From: Anolis carolinensis
Lineage: Eukaryota
Direction: 5' to 3'
Assembly: GCF_035594765.1 (NCBI RefSeq)
Contig: NC_085842.1
Coordinates: 166,545,036 to 166,609,035, forward strand
DNA: 64,000 nucleotides
In this document: one piece after another, positions 52,520 through 64,000 of the stretch
How positions within the stretch are numbered: the first letter of the stretch is position 1
Layout: each line of letters begins with the position of its first letter
Notes under the pieces: generated by a model
Told to the model about the DNA's origin: nothing
The model's input: the letters and a program-made list of their open reading frames with translations, nothing else
The model's database searches: none
Program-made: the position numbers and the translations under genes

Positions 52520-53070
52520 AATATAAAATTCATATTCTTATTATTTCATTAACATCTGTAATGGCTTGCTGTAGGTGTCAGTAAAAGAAAGCTTACAAGG
52601 TGTATCAAAGTAGAAAATCCAAGTATGACATGTAACTTGTGACAAAAGAATTGGCAAAATCTGTAACATTAGCAGTAAATATTATGAAGTGTTATGCTTC
52701 CACAAAAAGGATATCTATGGTCTGTTAAAGTAACAACTGCTGCTGTTGTGAGAACTCCCCAAGAAACCACTGCATTTTTAATTAAACATTTCAATTACTC
52801 GTGTTGCCACAACACACGAAGATGTCATAATTAATAAAGCTGAGCCTGGTTGCCATGGTGTTATTTATGTAAGGGATTGACATAATGAAAGTAGTCCTGC
52901 CACTCGCTGAGGAGGTGTCAAGCATGATGTTTGTGACAAAAGTTGCCTGCTGAACCAGTGATGTCATTGGGCTTACTTTGTAAGTTAATGGATATTTTCT
53001 GTTGCATTTCCTTTAAAAAGCAGAACTGCTTGTTGCTGTTTAATTAATTAATGTCAATTAATCAAACCTA
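52520..53070. promoter_or_regulatory. Candidate developmental enhancer (T-box/TCF/Cdx-Hox/RBPJ motif cluster)
   Basis: AGGTGTCA x2, ATCAAAG, TGTGAGAA, TTGTGACAAAAG x2, GTCATAA and TAATAAA in a repeat-free block. Function is inferred only. Confidence 0.5.
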
Positions 53071-54475
53071 AAAAATATTTTTAAAGTTATTAGTATAGGT
53101 GAAATTTAGAGAACAGGGGCTTTATACAGTCATAAGAATTTATCAGCCTGACTTCTTTATTCTTACCATGTATAATGGGCCCATTATACACTGTATGCTG
53201 GGATTTAATTCCAGGACTATCCCCCTCTCCTGTGGATACCAAAATCCATGGATGCTCAAGCCCCATTCTGTACCATAGCATAGAAAATGGAAAAATCAAT
53301 GTTAGCTTTTAGGAGGTTTTTTTTTTTTTTTTAATTCTCAAGGGTATTTACTGGTCGTGACAAGCCATATACTCAGGCAGACATACATAGGGACCAGTAA
53401 GCAGAGTGAAAGAATTGATTCATTGCTCACTTCCACCCTCCCATTGACCCCAGCATTCTCCATATGAGGGTATTATTATTTTAACAAACCTCATGGTCAG
53501 AAATGCAAGTCCATCCAACATGGAAGACCAGATGGGTTGTGAATGCATTACATGAAGAGTGGAGAAGAATGATAGAAACAAAGAGCAACACTTGGAGCTG
53601 AGCATACAAGACGTTCCCTGGCAAATGGATGTAGAAAGCCTTTTAAAGAGTAACTATGGCTTTGGTTATTACTAGATACCAAGACCACCAGCATGTTTAA
53701 GGACTAAACAAGTAAAAAGCCTCACTTTTATTGGGACATCCACAGAAGGGATCCAAGCTACCTACATCACTCAACATTTATTTGCTCACTCAGACTGGTA
53801 AATAGATGGAACACATTAGTGGCATACAGGCTAACTTAACAAAACATGATAATATTAAAACCATAGCAAGTGGATTAAAATGTAAACCATGGCCTTTTTT
53901 AAAAGGAAAGGAGTAAATTGAGTTTAACAGATGTACTTCATGTTCAGTGTATTGTCGAAGTACTTCATGTTGTTCATCTTTATTACATCCTTGTTCAAAA
54001 AAAAAGTGTTAGCTCTAAAAACTTGCAGTTTATAAAGCCGAATGTGCAAAGTGTGGCTCTCCAGAAGATGTTGGGTTTCAATTCCCAGATTTCCTCACAT
54101 TGGCTATGCTTACTAGGTCTGACGGGAGTTGGTGCAACAATATTGGACAGCTGCACTATGAGTACTTCTGTTAGTGATACAGAAGAATGCTGGCCTAAAT
54201 AAAACTGTTATTCCCAAGTATCATAGACCCCTTGAACCCATGGCCATTGCATAAATGTTGACATTCCAAGTTTTCCTTGTTTCAGAGGGTCAACCAAACT
54301 AACAGTTTCATTTAGTCAATTGTATAATTCCAAACACTAGCTACACCTTAATATTAAATCTCTTTTCCAGCAATTTTTTTCTGTGAGACTTGGGACAATT
54401 AAGGAAGAAACAGTCAACAACCAAAATGGCTTTCTTGTTCTCAAAGCCAACTAAATACTTTCTTCCATTTTTTAG

Positions 54476-54565
54476 ACCGAAGATGATGAGAAGCTAAAAA
54501 AGAGAAAGGAGAGGTTCGGCATTGTAACAAGTTCAGCTGGAACTGGAACCACAGAAGACACAGAG
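54476..54565 (+). CDS. SARNP: SARNP penultimate coding exon (TEDDEKLKKRKERFGIVTSSAGTGTTEDTE)
   Basis: Acceptor cttccattttttAG, donor GTaaat, 90 nt, phase 0-0. Near-identical to the human peptide. Confidence 0.96.
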
Positions 54566-55401
54566 GTAAATCTGTCAAAACAAAGATGATAACGAGTTTG
54601 TTCAGTGGCATGAGTGGGAGTTGAGAATTGCTGTGATTAATTGGCATGTCAAACACTCCACAAGATGGCACTGTGTATCCTTTATCTTTTCCTGTGCTCC
54701 CATTTCCATCATCCCATTAAACCAGCTTTGTCAATCCAATGTCTTCTACATGTTTTGAACTACAATTCCCATTATCCCCAGCCACTGTGGCCAATGATCA
54801 GCATGTGTGAGCCCTAGTACATAACATCTAGAGGATATAAGGTTGGAAGAAGCTGGACTGAACTGCCCTGGGTGGTTATATTGTGCTTGTGATTGCTCTT
54901 CAGCAGATTGTGTCAGACATGTTCCTCCTTTTTTCTTTAATGTTACTATATCAGGTCATTTCAATGTATGTTTAAATTGTATTTTTCATATAATAAATTT
55001 TAAGGTATAGCAGGTACTTTAGATTTTTCCATCACTATCTTGCTAAGCCCATAAAGCTTTGTTTTAACCTAGTAACTATCTGACATCACCTAGTTAGATA
55101 CGTAGCTGAACTGGACTTTGAATGTGGGTCAGCAGATCTAAATCCAACTTTCTATCCCATTGCACAGCTTGTGTGATGATTTTTAAATTTGGGTTGTGTG
55201 TGAAACAAATAGCAGCCTTGGTATATGGAATATTGTCGTTTCCAGTACTGCTAAAAATTGTCTACCAACATCAGTGAGAAAGATGAAAGAAAGAACACAT
55301 ACATGATTTTGAATGGCTAATGGTTTGAACATTTAAAATTTGTAATACCACCAAGATTTAATGTATATTTGTATATTTTAAATTGTATACTAATGCTTTT
55401 A

Positions 55402-55455
55402 TGTCAAGACACTTTTGAGTCTCCTTTTGGAATATAAAGCAGGGTATAAATAAAT

Positions 55456-55490
<35 letters not shown>

Positions 55491-55508
55491 AATAATAATA
55501 ATAATAAA
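55402..55508 (+). repeat. Degenerate LINE tail with (GAT)n(AAT)n microsatellite
   Basis: ttttgagtctcc...gggtataaataaa followed by the microsatellite. Confidence 0.7.
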
Positions 55509-56698
55509 ATATGTTTTACTTTTTTTCTGTGATGCACATTTTGTTTGACACCACACATTTTGGAAAAGTTTACAATTGCGATTTGTTTTATTTTCTATAC
55601 TGTGTTTTCCTGAACATTTTCAAGGTTTTATCATGATTTTTATATTGCTTCTTTCATGTTTGTGGCAAAGATCTATCTTCTTACTGTGGGGCTTCTGATT
55701 TCTTCTTCTTGCTTTATCTGCCTTAATTTTAATGAGATCCTTCTACTCTAGTATGGCAGTTCTTTTGTTTCTGTAAATCTGTATTCATGCTTATTGTGAT
55801 TGGTATTAAGCCATAGTCTTCTGCGCAAGAGGTCTTCTTGCTGTGGGCTCATTTTGCCTGTGGAAGAGAGGCAATATTTGGGGCTCTGAACTCTCCTTGG
55901 ATGAATCCTGAGTATTATATACAGGAAGTTTATTTTCTTTGGCATCTTAAATAGGGTTCAGATATGGTTTGGTGCCTTTTGTCTTTGCCAGATGTTGTGC
56001 AAGCATTGCTCAACAACATAAAGTAGAATGATCCCCCTGTTCACTTTGAGTGAAGGGGGTGGTTGAGCTCTGGTCTGAGGGATTCCATGCTTTTCCGTTA
56101 GGTCACTTAGAGAGTGTGCCTGAAACAAAAAGGTCTTTTTCTACTATTGTGCATGCTAAATGGCACCTTTACCCTTGAGATTCTTGATTAGGACTTCTGC
56201 TACCCCCTAGGCTATTTGTGCAAGTAAAAATTAAGATTTATATGCCCCTGGTGTATTGACTTAGAGGCATATCTCAGAGACGCATGAGTATATTTAATTC
56301 ATTTGACTGTGTCCCTCTCGCCTTTCTCATGAATAGAAGAGTGTTAACCCTTTGGCCTTTTACATTTCCCACCTCCCCATTGCTGGAAGGCTTTCCAGGC
56401 CTGTAAAGTGGTTATTGTTCTAAGCGTAGTGCTTTCTCGTAACCCAACAAGATGAAGCAACCAATGGGCCACTGCATCTCATGCATTTATAGCTTAATTT
56501 CTAAGCCTGGTTAGGAGCCCTCTTAAAATTGCAATGCCCTGTGTGGAACCTTGTATGAAAAATACTTACTTAATCAAACTCTTGTGACACTCTCCATACA
56601 CTTTCTACGTTCCTTTCTGCAAAAAAAACTGCACGTTCTCAGAATGGCCGTTCTCCTTGATTCTTGACTTTTGTCTTTCTTTTAATTCCTGTTTCCAG

Positions 56699-56740
56699 GC
56701 AAAGAAGAGAAAAAGAGCAGAACGTTTTGGCATCGTCTGA
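56699..56740 (+). CDS. SARNP: SARNP last coding exon (AKKRKRAERFGIV-stop)
   Basis: Long pyrimidine tract ending gtttccAG; TGA at 56738-56740; typical SARNP C-terminus. Confidence 0.96.
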   Translation, partial: AKKRKRAERFGIV

Positions 56741-56986
56741 GGATCTTCCTCTTAGCCTTTACCTGCTTGGGTTGTATGTTTTACACATTATTGTTCTTTG
56801 TTCCTAATGAAGAATATAGTTTTCTTCCTCATACGGATCTTGGCTTTACATTTTAAAGCTAGCTCTTCAGTTGTGCTTTCCTTTGCTTTTGGACTTCAAA
56901 CAGATTGTGAAGCCTAGAATGTGAAGCCTATTGTGTATGTAAACAATTTGAATTTTCCAGCAAATTCTCTTATTAGCCACTTATTA

Positions 56987-57029
56987 CATTGCCAATGTGA
57001 TTTCCCTCATTGCCAATGTGATTTCCCTC
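56987..57029 (+). repeat. Perfect 21-bp tandem duplication in the SARNP 3' UTR
   Basis: cattgccaatgtgatttccct x2. Confidence 0.95.
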
Positions 57030-57055
57030 TGTTTTGAGTTAAAACAGCTGCTCAA

Positions 57056-57109
57056 AATAAAAAAGTAGGAATATGATTATTTTTAAAGCATTGTTCAGTG
57101 CCTATTAAA
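57056..57109 (+). terminator. Candidate SARNP polyadenylation signals (AATAAA 57056-57061, ATTAAA 57104-57109)
   Basis: First hexamers 0.3-0.4 kb after the stop codon. A more distal AATAAA lies at 58496-58501. The site actually used cannot be determined from sequence. Confidence 0.5.
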
Positions 57110-59353
57110 GTTACTAACATCTACATCAAGAACTGTCTGAATGTTCCTCAGGCATTTATTCTCCTAATATTTCAGCATCACATTGCCCATGCCTCAGAAA
57201 TGTGTCTCCATCCCTGATCAAAATTCATCTGTCTTATACAGAAAGCCTGAAGCCTTTCTTTCCTTGTCTTGTGCGATATGTCTTAGGTCTTATGATGCCT
57301 TGAGGCATGATACCTGCCATACATCTATTGTGAAAGGGTACTGCACCAAATATTAATGCTTTTTAGAACTTGTGCCACTGTTGAACATTTCAAAGAACAT
57401 TGGTGAGTTACAGTATAGTATTTATTCCCTTAGCTATAGTGAGGACTATCCCAAGATTTAAAAAGTGCCACAGTCATGTATTTGGCAACCATTGATAAAG
57501 AGCCTCTTAATACCCTATTGATAATGATAATTTGAAACTTGCCCGGAGGTTTTTACATTATATTTTCAAAAATGCAGATAATTCCCCCTTATAAAGTATC
57601 AAAAGTTCTACATGATTGCTGTGAAATTAATACTATAGCATATATTATTCCTGCTCAGTGTTTTGAAAGGCTTTAGTTTCTAGCTGAATTATCAAGCTGT
57701 GGTGTTCTTTTTCTCCCTGAATGAACTATATTTTGGAGAGCCCTCCTGCTTCTATTTGCAATATTATAATTTACTAAAGGTAACAAGTGGGAGAAACAAG
57801 TTTTAAAAATAACTTATTCATGTTTTCCAAGGAAACGAATTGTGGCAATAGCACATTGAGAAGCTATATTCGCTCAAGTAATCCCATCTTTATTGCTTCA
57901 TATAGCCCAAAGTTTCCCTGTTGCTACAGATCTCATTCATCTTTTGCACAGAGAAAAATAATCAAGACTGTTTTGTATTCTATATAAGTATGCTTTCTTG
58001 TTGGTCACATATTTAATATACTGTTATTGGTTGGCATTTGAATATTAGTCCACTTGAACTTCTTTGGATTTTTTGTTTTTTAACATAATCCTTAAATGAA
58101 AGATCAGTGACTGTATTTCATTGTAGTCCACATGCAGCACCTTCCTTTTCTGTGCAGTACAGATTAAACAATGTTTAGAAAACTCATTAGCGGCCTCTTA
58201 ATTTTATCATTTATGCTTTAAAAACAGTTTTTAGTTAATCAGTGATTTTACTTCTGATTCTTTATGCCATCTCTGAGCAGCATTTATTACTTGATAGGAT
58301 AGGGGCAAGGGTGATGTATCATTTCAGCACTGCGGTATCTCATTACGTATATTCCAACTTTATTCTGATTTTATTTGACATGTTAAATTTGATAATTTGA
58401 TTTTCTGTTCATCAACTTGGTCAGTTTGGTTACTTGCTTGAAATGTTCTTACAGGTTATGTTTAAAGCAGAATTACACTTCATTCTTTGGTTCATAATAA
58501 AATTACTTTAAGGCACTGCCTATAGTTTCCTTTTTAATACATGACTAGGTTATTATTTTGTGTTTACATTTATTGACATGTGAATTTACAGGAAGTTTTA
58601 GAGCTGCTGAAGATGTAATGATGATCATTTCTGGCTTGCTTTCAGTGAAGAATGAGAAAAAAAATCTGAGACTTAATTCTGATAATTCACATTCAATAGC
58701 ACAGTTGTCATATAAGGATAGGTTTTGTCAAGCATTCCGGTTGTTGAAGTTTTTCCATCTGCATCAAAGGAGAAGGCAAAAGAAAGTTTCTCCTTGATGC
58801 AGCAGTACTACCCTTGTGTAAACAGTACTGTAGCCATAGGCTTCATTTCTTTGTGAAATATGTATTCATATGTTAGGAATTTATATATGTTTATAAAACA
58901 TCTTGTAATTTCCTTAAATCTTTCAAATGAATGAACTACTTCCCAATTCATTGCAGAAATGCTAATGAATTCCTGCATTTATTTTCATGTTAAAACATAG
59001 GAACATGACTTTCTGTTTGTCCTGTTGGGTTTTTTTAATGGCACAAGATGTTTTAGTGCTGCTGTTGGTTTTGCCGAGGGATGTGTGTATTATTTTGTTG
59101 GTTCATTTGTTTGTGTGTATTAAAATAGTTATTCTAGTAGCAAGCTTTAATTGAGTAGTAGCCTCTCTAACGATTCATTAACCATTGTAATAAATAAGTG
59201 TGAAAGGTCAATTAAGATGCTAATGAATAATAACCTATATTTGAATATATGCTTACATAAGTTTTATTCAGGGACATGCGCAAGATGTGTGATAGAGTCA
59301 ATGGCTTAGCTTTCAAACACTTTATAGCCATAGAGTCTATGGCAGTGTATGTA

Positions 59354-59873
59354 CAGGTAGTCCCTGAGTTACAAACATCCAACTTACAAATGACTCATAG
59401 TTAAGAACAGGGGTGATACAACAGGAAGTGAGAGAAATCTACCCCTAGGAAGGGAAATTCACATTTTCTCCTGATGGGGAAAATGTGTCTCCATTGAAGA
59501 TTTAGTACAATGGTTCTCAACCTGGGGTTTTCGGCCCACAACTCTCAGAAATCCCAGCCAGTTTACCAGCTGTTGGGATTTCTGGGAGTTGAAGGCCAAA
59601 ACATCTAGGGACCCCAGGTTGAGAACCATTGCTTTAGCACCAATCCTTGTTTCCACAACAACCCAAATTTTTCAAAATTCAATGATCACAGAGATGGAAA
59701 TGAGGTGAAATCCTCTGAACAGGGACACAGAGAGCAAAACAAACACCACAGGGATATGTTTTTTTTTTGGCTGGAGTTACACTTTAAAAATGTGCCTGTT
59801 TTGACTTAAATACAAATTCAACTTAAGAACAAACCTATAGATCCTATATTGTTCATAACTTGGAGACTGCCGG
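59354..59873. mobile_element. Tc1/mariner-type MITE with a nested hAT MITE (59508-59631)
   Basis: Outer TA-caggtagtcc...gactgccgg-TA; inner TIR caatggttctcaacc with TSD atttagta/ctttagca. Confidence 0.8.
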
Positions 59874-61769
59874 TATGCTAGGTGTTAATGAACAGACTTC
59901 AGCCTTTGAAGAAAACATGATATTTAGCGTTCATTTTTGTTTGTCTCCTTATATTTCACAAGGATTTTATCAATATCTTTGTAATGTATTCTAGAGAGAA
60001 GTTAGAAAATATACAACCTGTTTTCGAATAGGAGGGAATCGTGAAATAAAAAGTTATTTTCCTATAGATTTAGCATTTTTGTAACTAGAATTCAAGAACT
60101 CTTCAGCCTACCAGAAGAATGCTGCTCATTAGCAATAATCATGTGACCTATTTATGGACCATAGTACCACTGTAACTACCTATTCTTCCCACTGCTTATT
60201 TAAGATTTGCATAGGACTAATTAATTCTGCAGAATTCACTGCTGTTTCTAAGTTACTGGGGGCAAGAGGAGGCTTCTGCATTGACATTTTGTGATACTGG
60301 TCATAAAAGCAAGATACAGTACTTTCTAATCCCTTTTTTGTATCTGAGTTAAATACCATACTGAAGCCAAAATTTGTGGTTAATCCATTAGTATTCTTTT
60401 TTATAGAGTCAATATTAGGAATGTTTTAAAGAATAGTAATCTAAACAGAACAAAAATAGGACTGTATAGGGCTCATTCTGGAAAGAAAAGGTATGTATGA
60501 AGACTGTCAGGAAAATGTGTTGGCAAATGATTTTTGACATTGGGTGACATCTTTAATCATAGGTAAGTCTAGATTGTATACATGACATAATTCTGTGATC
60601 AAAAGAAAAATATTTTAGCATATGTTATCCATCTGTCAACTACTGCAGTTGTGCTTCTCTCTGCTCAGATGTTAGCAGAGTAAGGAATTATGATCCCTGA
60701 CACCTTTCCTCACCTAGCTGTTTTGTGTGTACCTATTGCATATATATCAAGATGTACTTTGTCTGTGGCTTTATCTTTCCTGCCTTGTGCCCCACTCCTG
60801 TATTGAGTGGGGTGAAGGATTTTCTTAGAGTGCACTATCTTTTAAAGGGTGTGCATTCATCCTTCTTCAGTAAAGGGTGTGGGGAATCATTCTAATCAAA
60901 CTGTGTTTAAAACACTACCTAATTTATTTTTCCTCTCTAAGCTGGGGGCCACTCATGACTAATTTGAGTTGAATAGGCAGATAGAAAAAGCAGCAGGCAT
61001 ACAATGAGCGGCAGAAAGTGTGGGAAAACCAGGGGAAGAAAGGGATGGCCAAGCTTTGCAGCGTGAGAGCTAGGGAAGACCGTGTAGCACCCAAATTCAG
61101 CATGAAGTCACTTTTCAAGTGTAGACGCTGAGGCTCTAAATGCAAGTTGGGAGTATAGGTCAGGCCAGGAGAAGATGGGAGTTTGTGTTAGCCTTGTAGA
61201 ATGTAAGGAAGAAGAAAAATGGGAGAAGACTGTGTGTGTGTGTGTGTGTGCTTGCAGGCGTGTGTGCACCCCTTCACAAAGAAATACAAACACATGTTCT
61301 TCCCAATGGCAATGTCTTCTTCGCCCCAGTGGCCTCTTGCCCCTGATCCCTCCGTGGGTGGGTTTGGAGATCTCTCTTGTGTTTAGATTCAGGAAAATAA
61401 GAAAACAAAAGAGAAGGAGCCTGGAAGTGTGTGCCAATGAAGAGTTAATACAGAGAAATCTGTTCTCCTTGCCCCCAGCCCTTCCTTATCTTTTAAATAT
61501 TTATAGAAAACAAGATAAAAGTTATTTCTAGAAGCAGGCAAATTGGGTGATCTCTCTTCCAATGTTCTGAACACCTGAAATGCTGATTAATTCCTCCTGT
61601 ACCCAGGGAGGGGCAGAAGGGGAGTGGTCAGTTTGCTGTCGGGTGAGAAATAAACGTTTTAGTTTTCTAGGATGTCACTTCATTTTAATTTCAGTGATTT
61701 TGCAAAGTTGCCATACCAGCAAGAACAAGAGCAAGAATGATTGCTTAAACGAAGAATGGGCAATTTAGG

Positions 61770-63047
61770 GTTGTTTGTTTGTTTGTTTTTCGTGTCAGGA
61801 GCAATTTGAGAAACTGCTTACTTTACTTACTTAGGCGATCCCTCGTAGGTCGAGGATGATGGTCCTCCAGTTATAGGGTCTTGGGGGTGTGTCCGCAGGT
61901 GACTGAAGAGACCTATTCTTGATCTCCATGTTCTCCCGCAATGAGGACATCGGTTTCCAGGTGGAAGGCGGTCTCGGTCAGGGTTGGCTTGACGCTCCTT
62001 CCTCTTGGCACGTTTCTCCTTTAAGCCCTCCATTCGTGCCTCTTCGAACTCCACAGCACTGCTGGTCACAGCTGACCTCCAATTAGAGCGCTCAAGGGCC
62101 AGGGCTTCCCAGTTCTCAGTGTCTATGCCACAGTTTTTAAGGTTGGCTTTAAGCCCATCTTTAAATCTCTTTTCCTGCCCACCAACATTACGTTTCCCGT
62201 TCTTGAGTTCGGAGTATAGTAGCTGCTTTGGGAGACGGTGATCGGGCATTCGGACAACGTGGCCAGTCCAGCGGAGTTGATGGCATAGGAGCATCGCTTC
62301 AATGCTGGTGGTCTTTGCTTCTTCCAGCACGCTGACATTTGTCCGCCTGTCTTCCCAAGGGATTTGCAGGAATTTCCTGAGGAAACGCTCCAGGAGTTTG
62401 ATGTGACGTCTGTAGACAGTCCACGTTTCGCAGGCGTAGAGCAGGGTTGGGAAGACAATGGCTTTGTAAACAAGCACCTTGGTCTCTCTACGGATGTCCC
62501 GGTCATCAAACACTCTCTGCTTCATTCGGAAAAATGCTGCACTCTCAGAGCTCAGGCGGTGTTGTATTTCAGTGTCAATGTTGACTTTTGTGGAGAGTTG
62601 GCTGCCAAGGTAGCGGAAGTGGTCAACGTTTTCTAATGTGACACCATTAAGCTGTATTCCTGGCATCGCAGAGGGATTAGCTGGTGCCTGTTGGAAGAGC
62701 ACTTTGGTTTTCTCGATGTTCAATGAGAGGCCGAGCTTCTCGTATGCTTCTACGAAGGTGTTTAGAGTAGCTTGTAGGTCTTCTTCTGAGTACGCAAGTC
62801 GCTTTTGGTGTGAGAGAATTGGCCATCTGCAAGGACATTGCCTAGGGGACGCCCGGATTTTTTTTTTTTTTGATGTTTGTATTATCATCCTGTGGGAGGC
62901 TTCTCTCATGTCCCCGCATGGAGCTGGACCTGATAGAGGGAGCTCATCCGCGCTTTCCCCGGGTGGGATTCGAACCTGGCAACTTGCAGATCAGCAACCC
63001 AACCTTCAAGTCACAAGGCTTTAATCCACTATGCCATCGAGGGCTCC
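61770..63047 (-). mobile_element. Anolis-SINE2-like element split by an RTE insertion
   Basis: Same family as 40331; perfect TSD ggcaatttagg at 61759-61769 and 63048-63058. Confidence 0.88.
61818..62793 (-). mobile_element. 5'-truncated RTE-clade LINE (RT C-terminus and C2H2 finger), frame open
   Basis: GLSLNIEKTK, FRYLGS, LLYACETW, QLRWTGHVVRM; (TAAG)n tail. Confidence 0.93.
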
Positions 63048-63439
63048 GGCAATTTAGGTGAATGCAGGGATTATAATTTTGCTCTGGGACCCACTTAAAA
63101 TAAAAAAAATCTTCCGGGAGGGTGGGGTCAGATGTGACCAGAAGTTCAATTATTTGTTATAAAAACATGCATTGTTTAATTGTTAAACAGTTCAGCCCAT
63201 TTAAAAATGTCTCACTACTCATGGAGTCTTTTAAAAGACCTTCTTGGCTAGCAGAAAAGTTGGTTTAGGCAAGTCTGCTGGTCTTATAACAAACAAAAAC
63301 AACTTTGTGGGACTAGATATTTCAAAGGGCTGGATGCTGACCACCTATATCTAAATAATCTCGATATATTTCCAGATATGGGAATATTGGGAATAGGCAC
63401 TACTCCTGTTACTTACCTCATTACCATCAATGTTTCTGT

Positions 63440-63652
63440 ATGGTTTGTGTCATTTGTCAACTTATAGCAACCCCGTTAATTTCATATGGTTTTCTTAGGC
63501 AAGGATTGCCCAGTGGTGATTTTGCCATTTCCTTACTCTGAAATACATCCTATACCACCTGGTAATCATTAGCAGTCTCCCATTCAAATGCTAACCAGTA
63601 TTGACCCTTAGCTTCCATGATCAGGTGGGATCTCGTACCTTTAAGGTATGTC
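63440..63652 (-). mobile_element. 5S rRNA-headed SINE (degenerate)
   Basis: Minus strand gagatcccacctgatcatggaagctaagggtc...ggttagcatttgaatgggagactg matches 5S box A/C; tail shared with other copies. Confidence 0.7.
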
Positions 63653-64000
63653 TATTAAATTTTGCATCCACGCCTAAAACAAGATTTGGATTGCAGCTGA
63701 TGAACAGGCTGTTCTCTGGCTGAAAACCTGGAGAATTACATCCCCAGTCTGAGTAGCTGGCATTAGGCTAGACACATGGCTTTCTAAATCCATATATTAC
63801 AAACTGGATCACAAATCCAGGAAAATAAACTGGTGCTCTAGCATCAGCATCACATTGGGTTTACGCCTTTACAGGTAACTGGTAAAAATGCAAAGTATCA
63901 CTTTATTTCTGTTCATTTGGAAGTTGAAAATCCTAGAATGCCACATTTCTTAATATATCTTACATGAAATAGACCCAAATCTTCATCTGTATCTAATTCC

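Noticed and set aside
57200-64000. GDF11 coding exons on the minus strand, expected from human synteny
   Set aside because: No TGF-beta-family peptide appears in the ORF track or by inspection; if syntenic, the gene lies beyond the window.

Overview
Vertebrate genomic DNA, most likely from a squamate. The repeat landscape (Sauria SINEs, Anolis-SINE2-like, 5S-headed SINEs, CR1, RTE/BovB, R4/Dong, L1, hAT, Tc1/mariner and Harbinger MITEs, DIRS) points to an anole lizard; this is an inference. The only host gene I can support is SARNP (CIP29/Hcc-1, Tho1 homologue) on the + strand. Its last eight coding exons (331-398, 4673-4724, 12553-12626, 13365-13393, 13651-13676, 18544-18612, 54476-54565, 56699-56740) splice in frame through GT-AG introns to a TGA at 56740. 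The SAP-domain exons lie upstream of the window. The ~35.9 kb intron 18613-54475 holds a 5'-deleted, sense-oriented DIRS1-like tyrosine-recombinase retrotransposon (gag, RT/RNase H/methyltransferase, YR, intact ICR and right terminus), an assembly gap, and several repeat-free, motif-dense blocks that look like enhancers. GDF11 neighbours the SARNP 3' end in human, so it is a candidate target. The best leads are: (1) a T-box/TCF/Cdx/RBPJ motif cluster at 52.5-53.1 kb; (2) a DIRS gag frame one nonsense codon away from an in-frame alternative terminal exon of SARNP, echoing the origin of LAP2alpha; (3) two SINE2 copies each invaded by a different LINE, in both cases in frame with the same SINE ATG; (4) a Dong/R4 element inside a (TAA)n tract. 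Most short ORFs in the track are spurious or TE-derived. TE family names come from my recall of consensus features, not from a database search.
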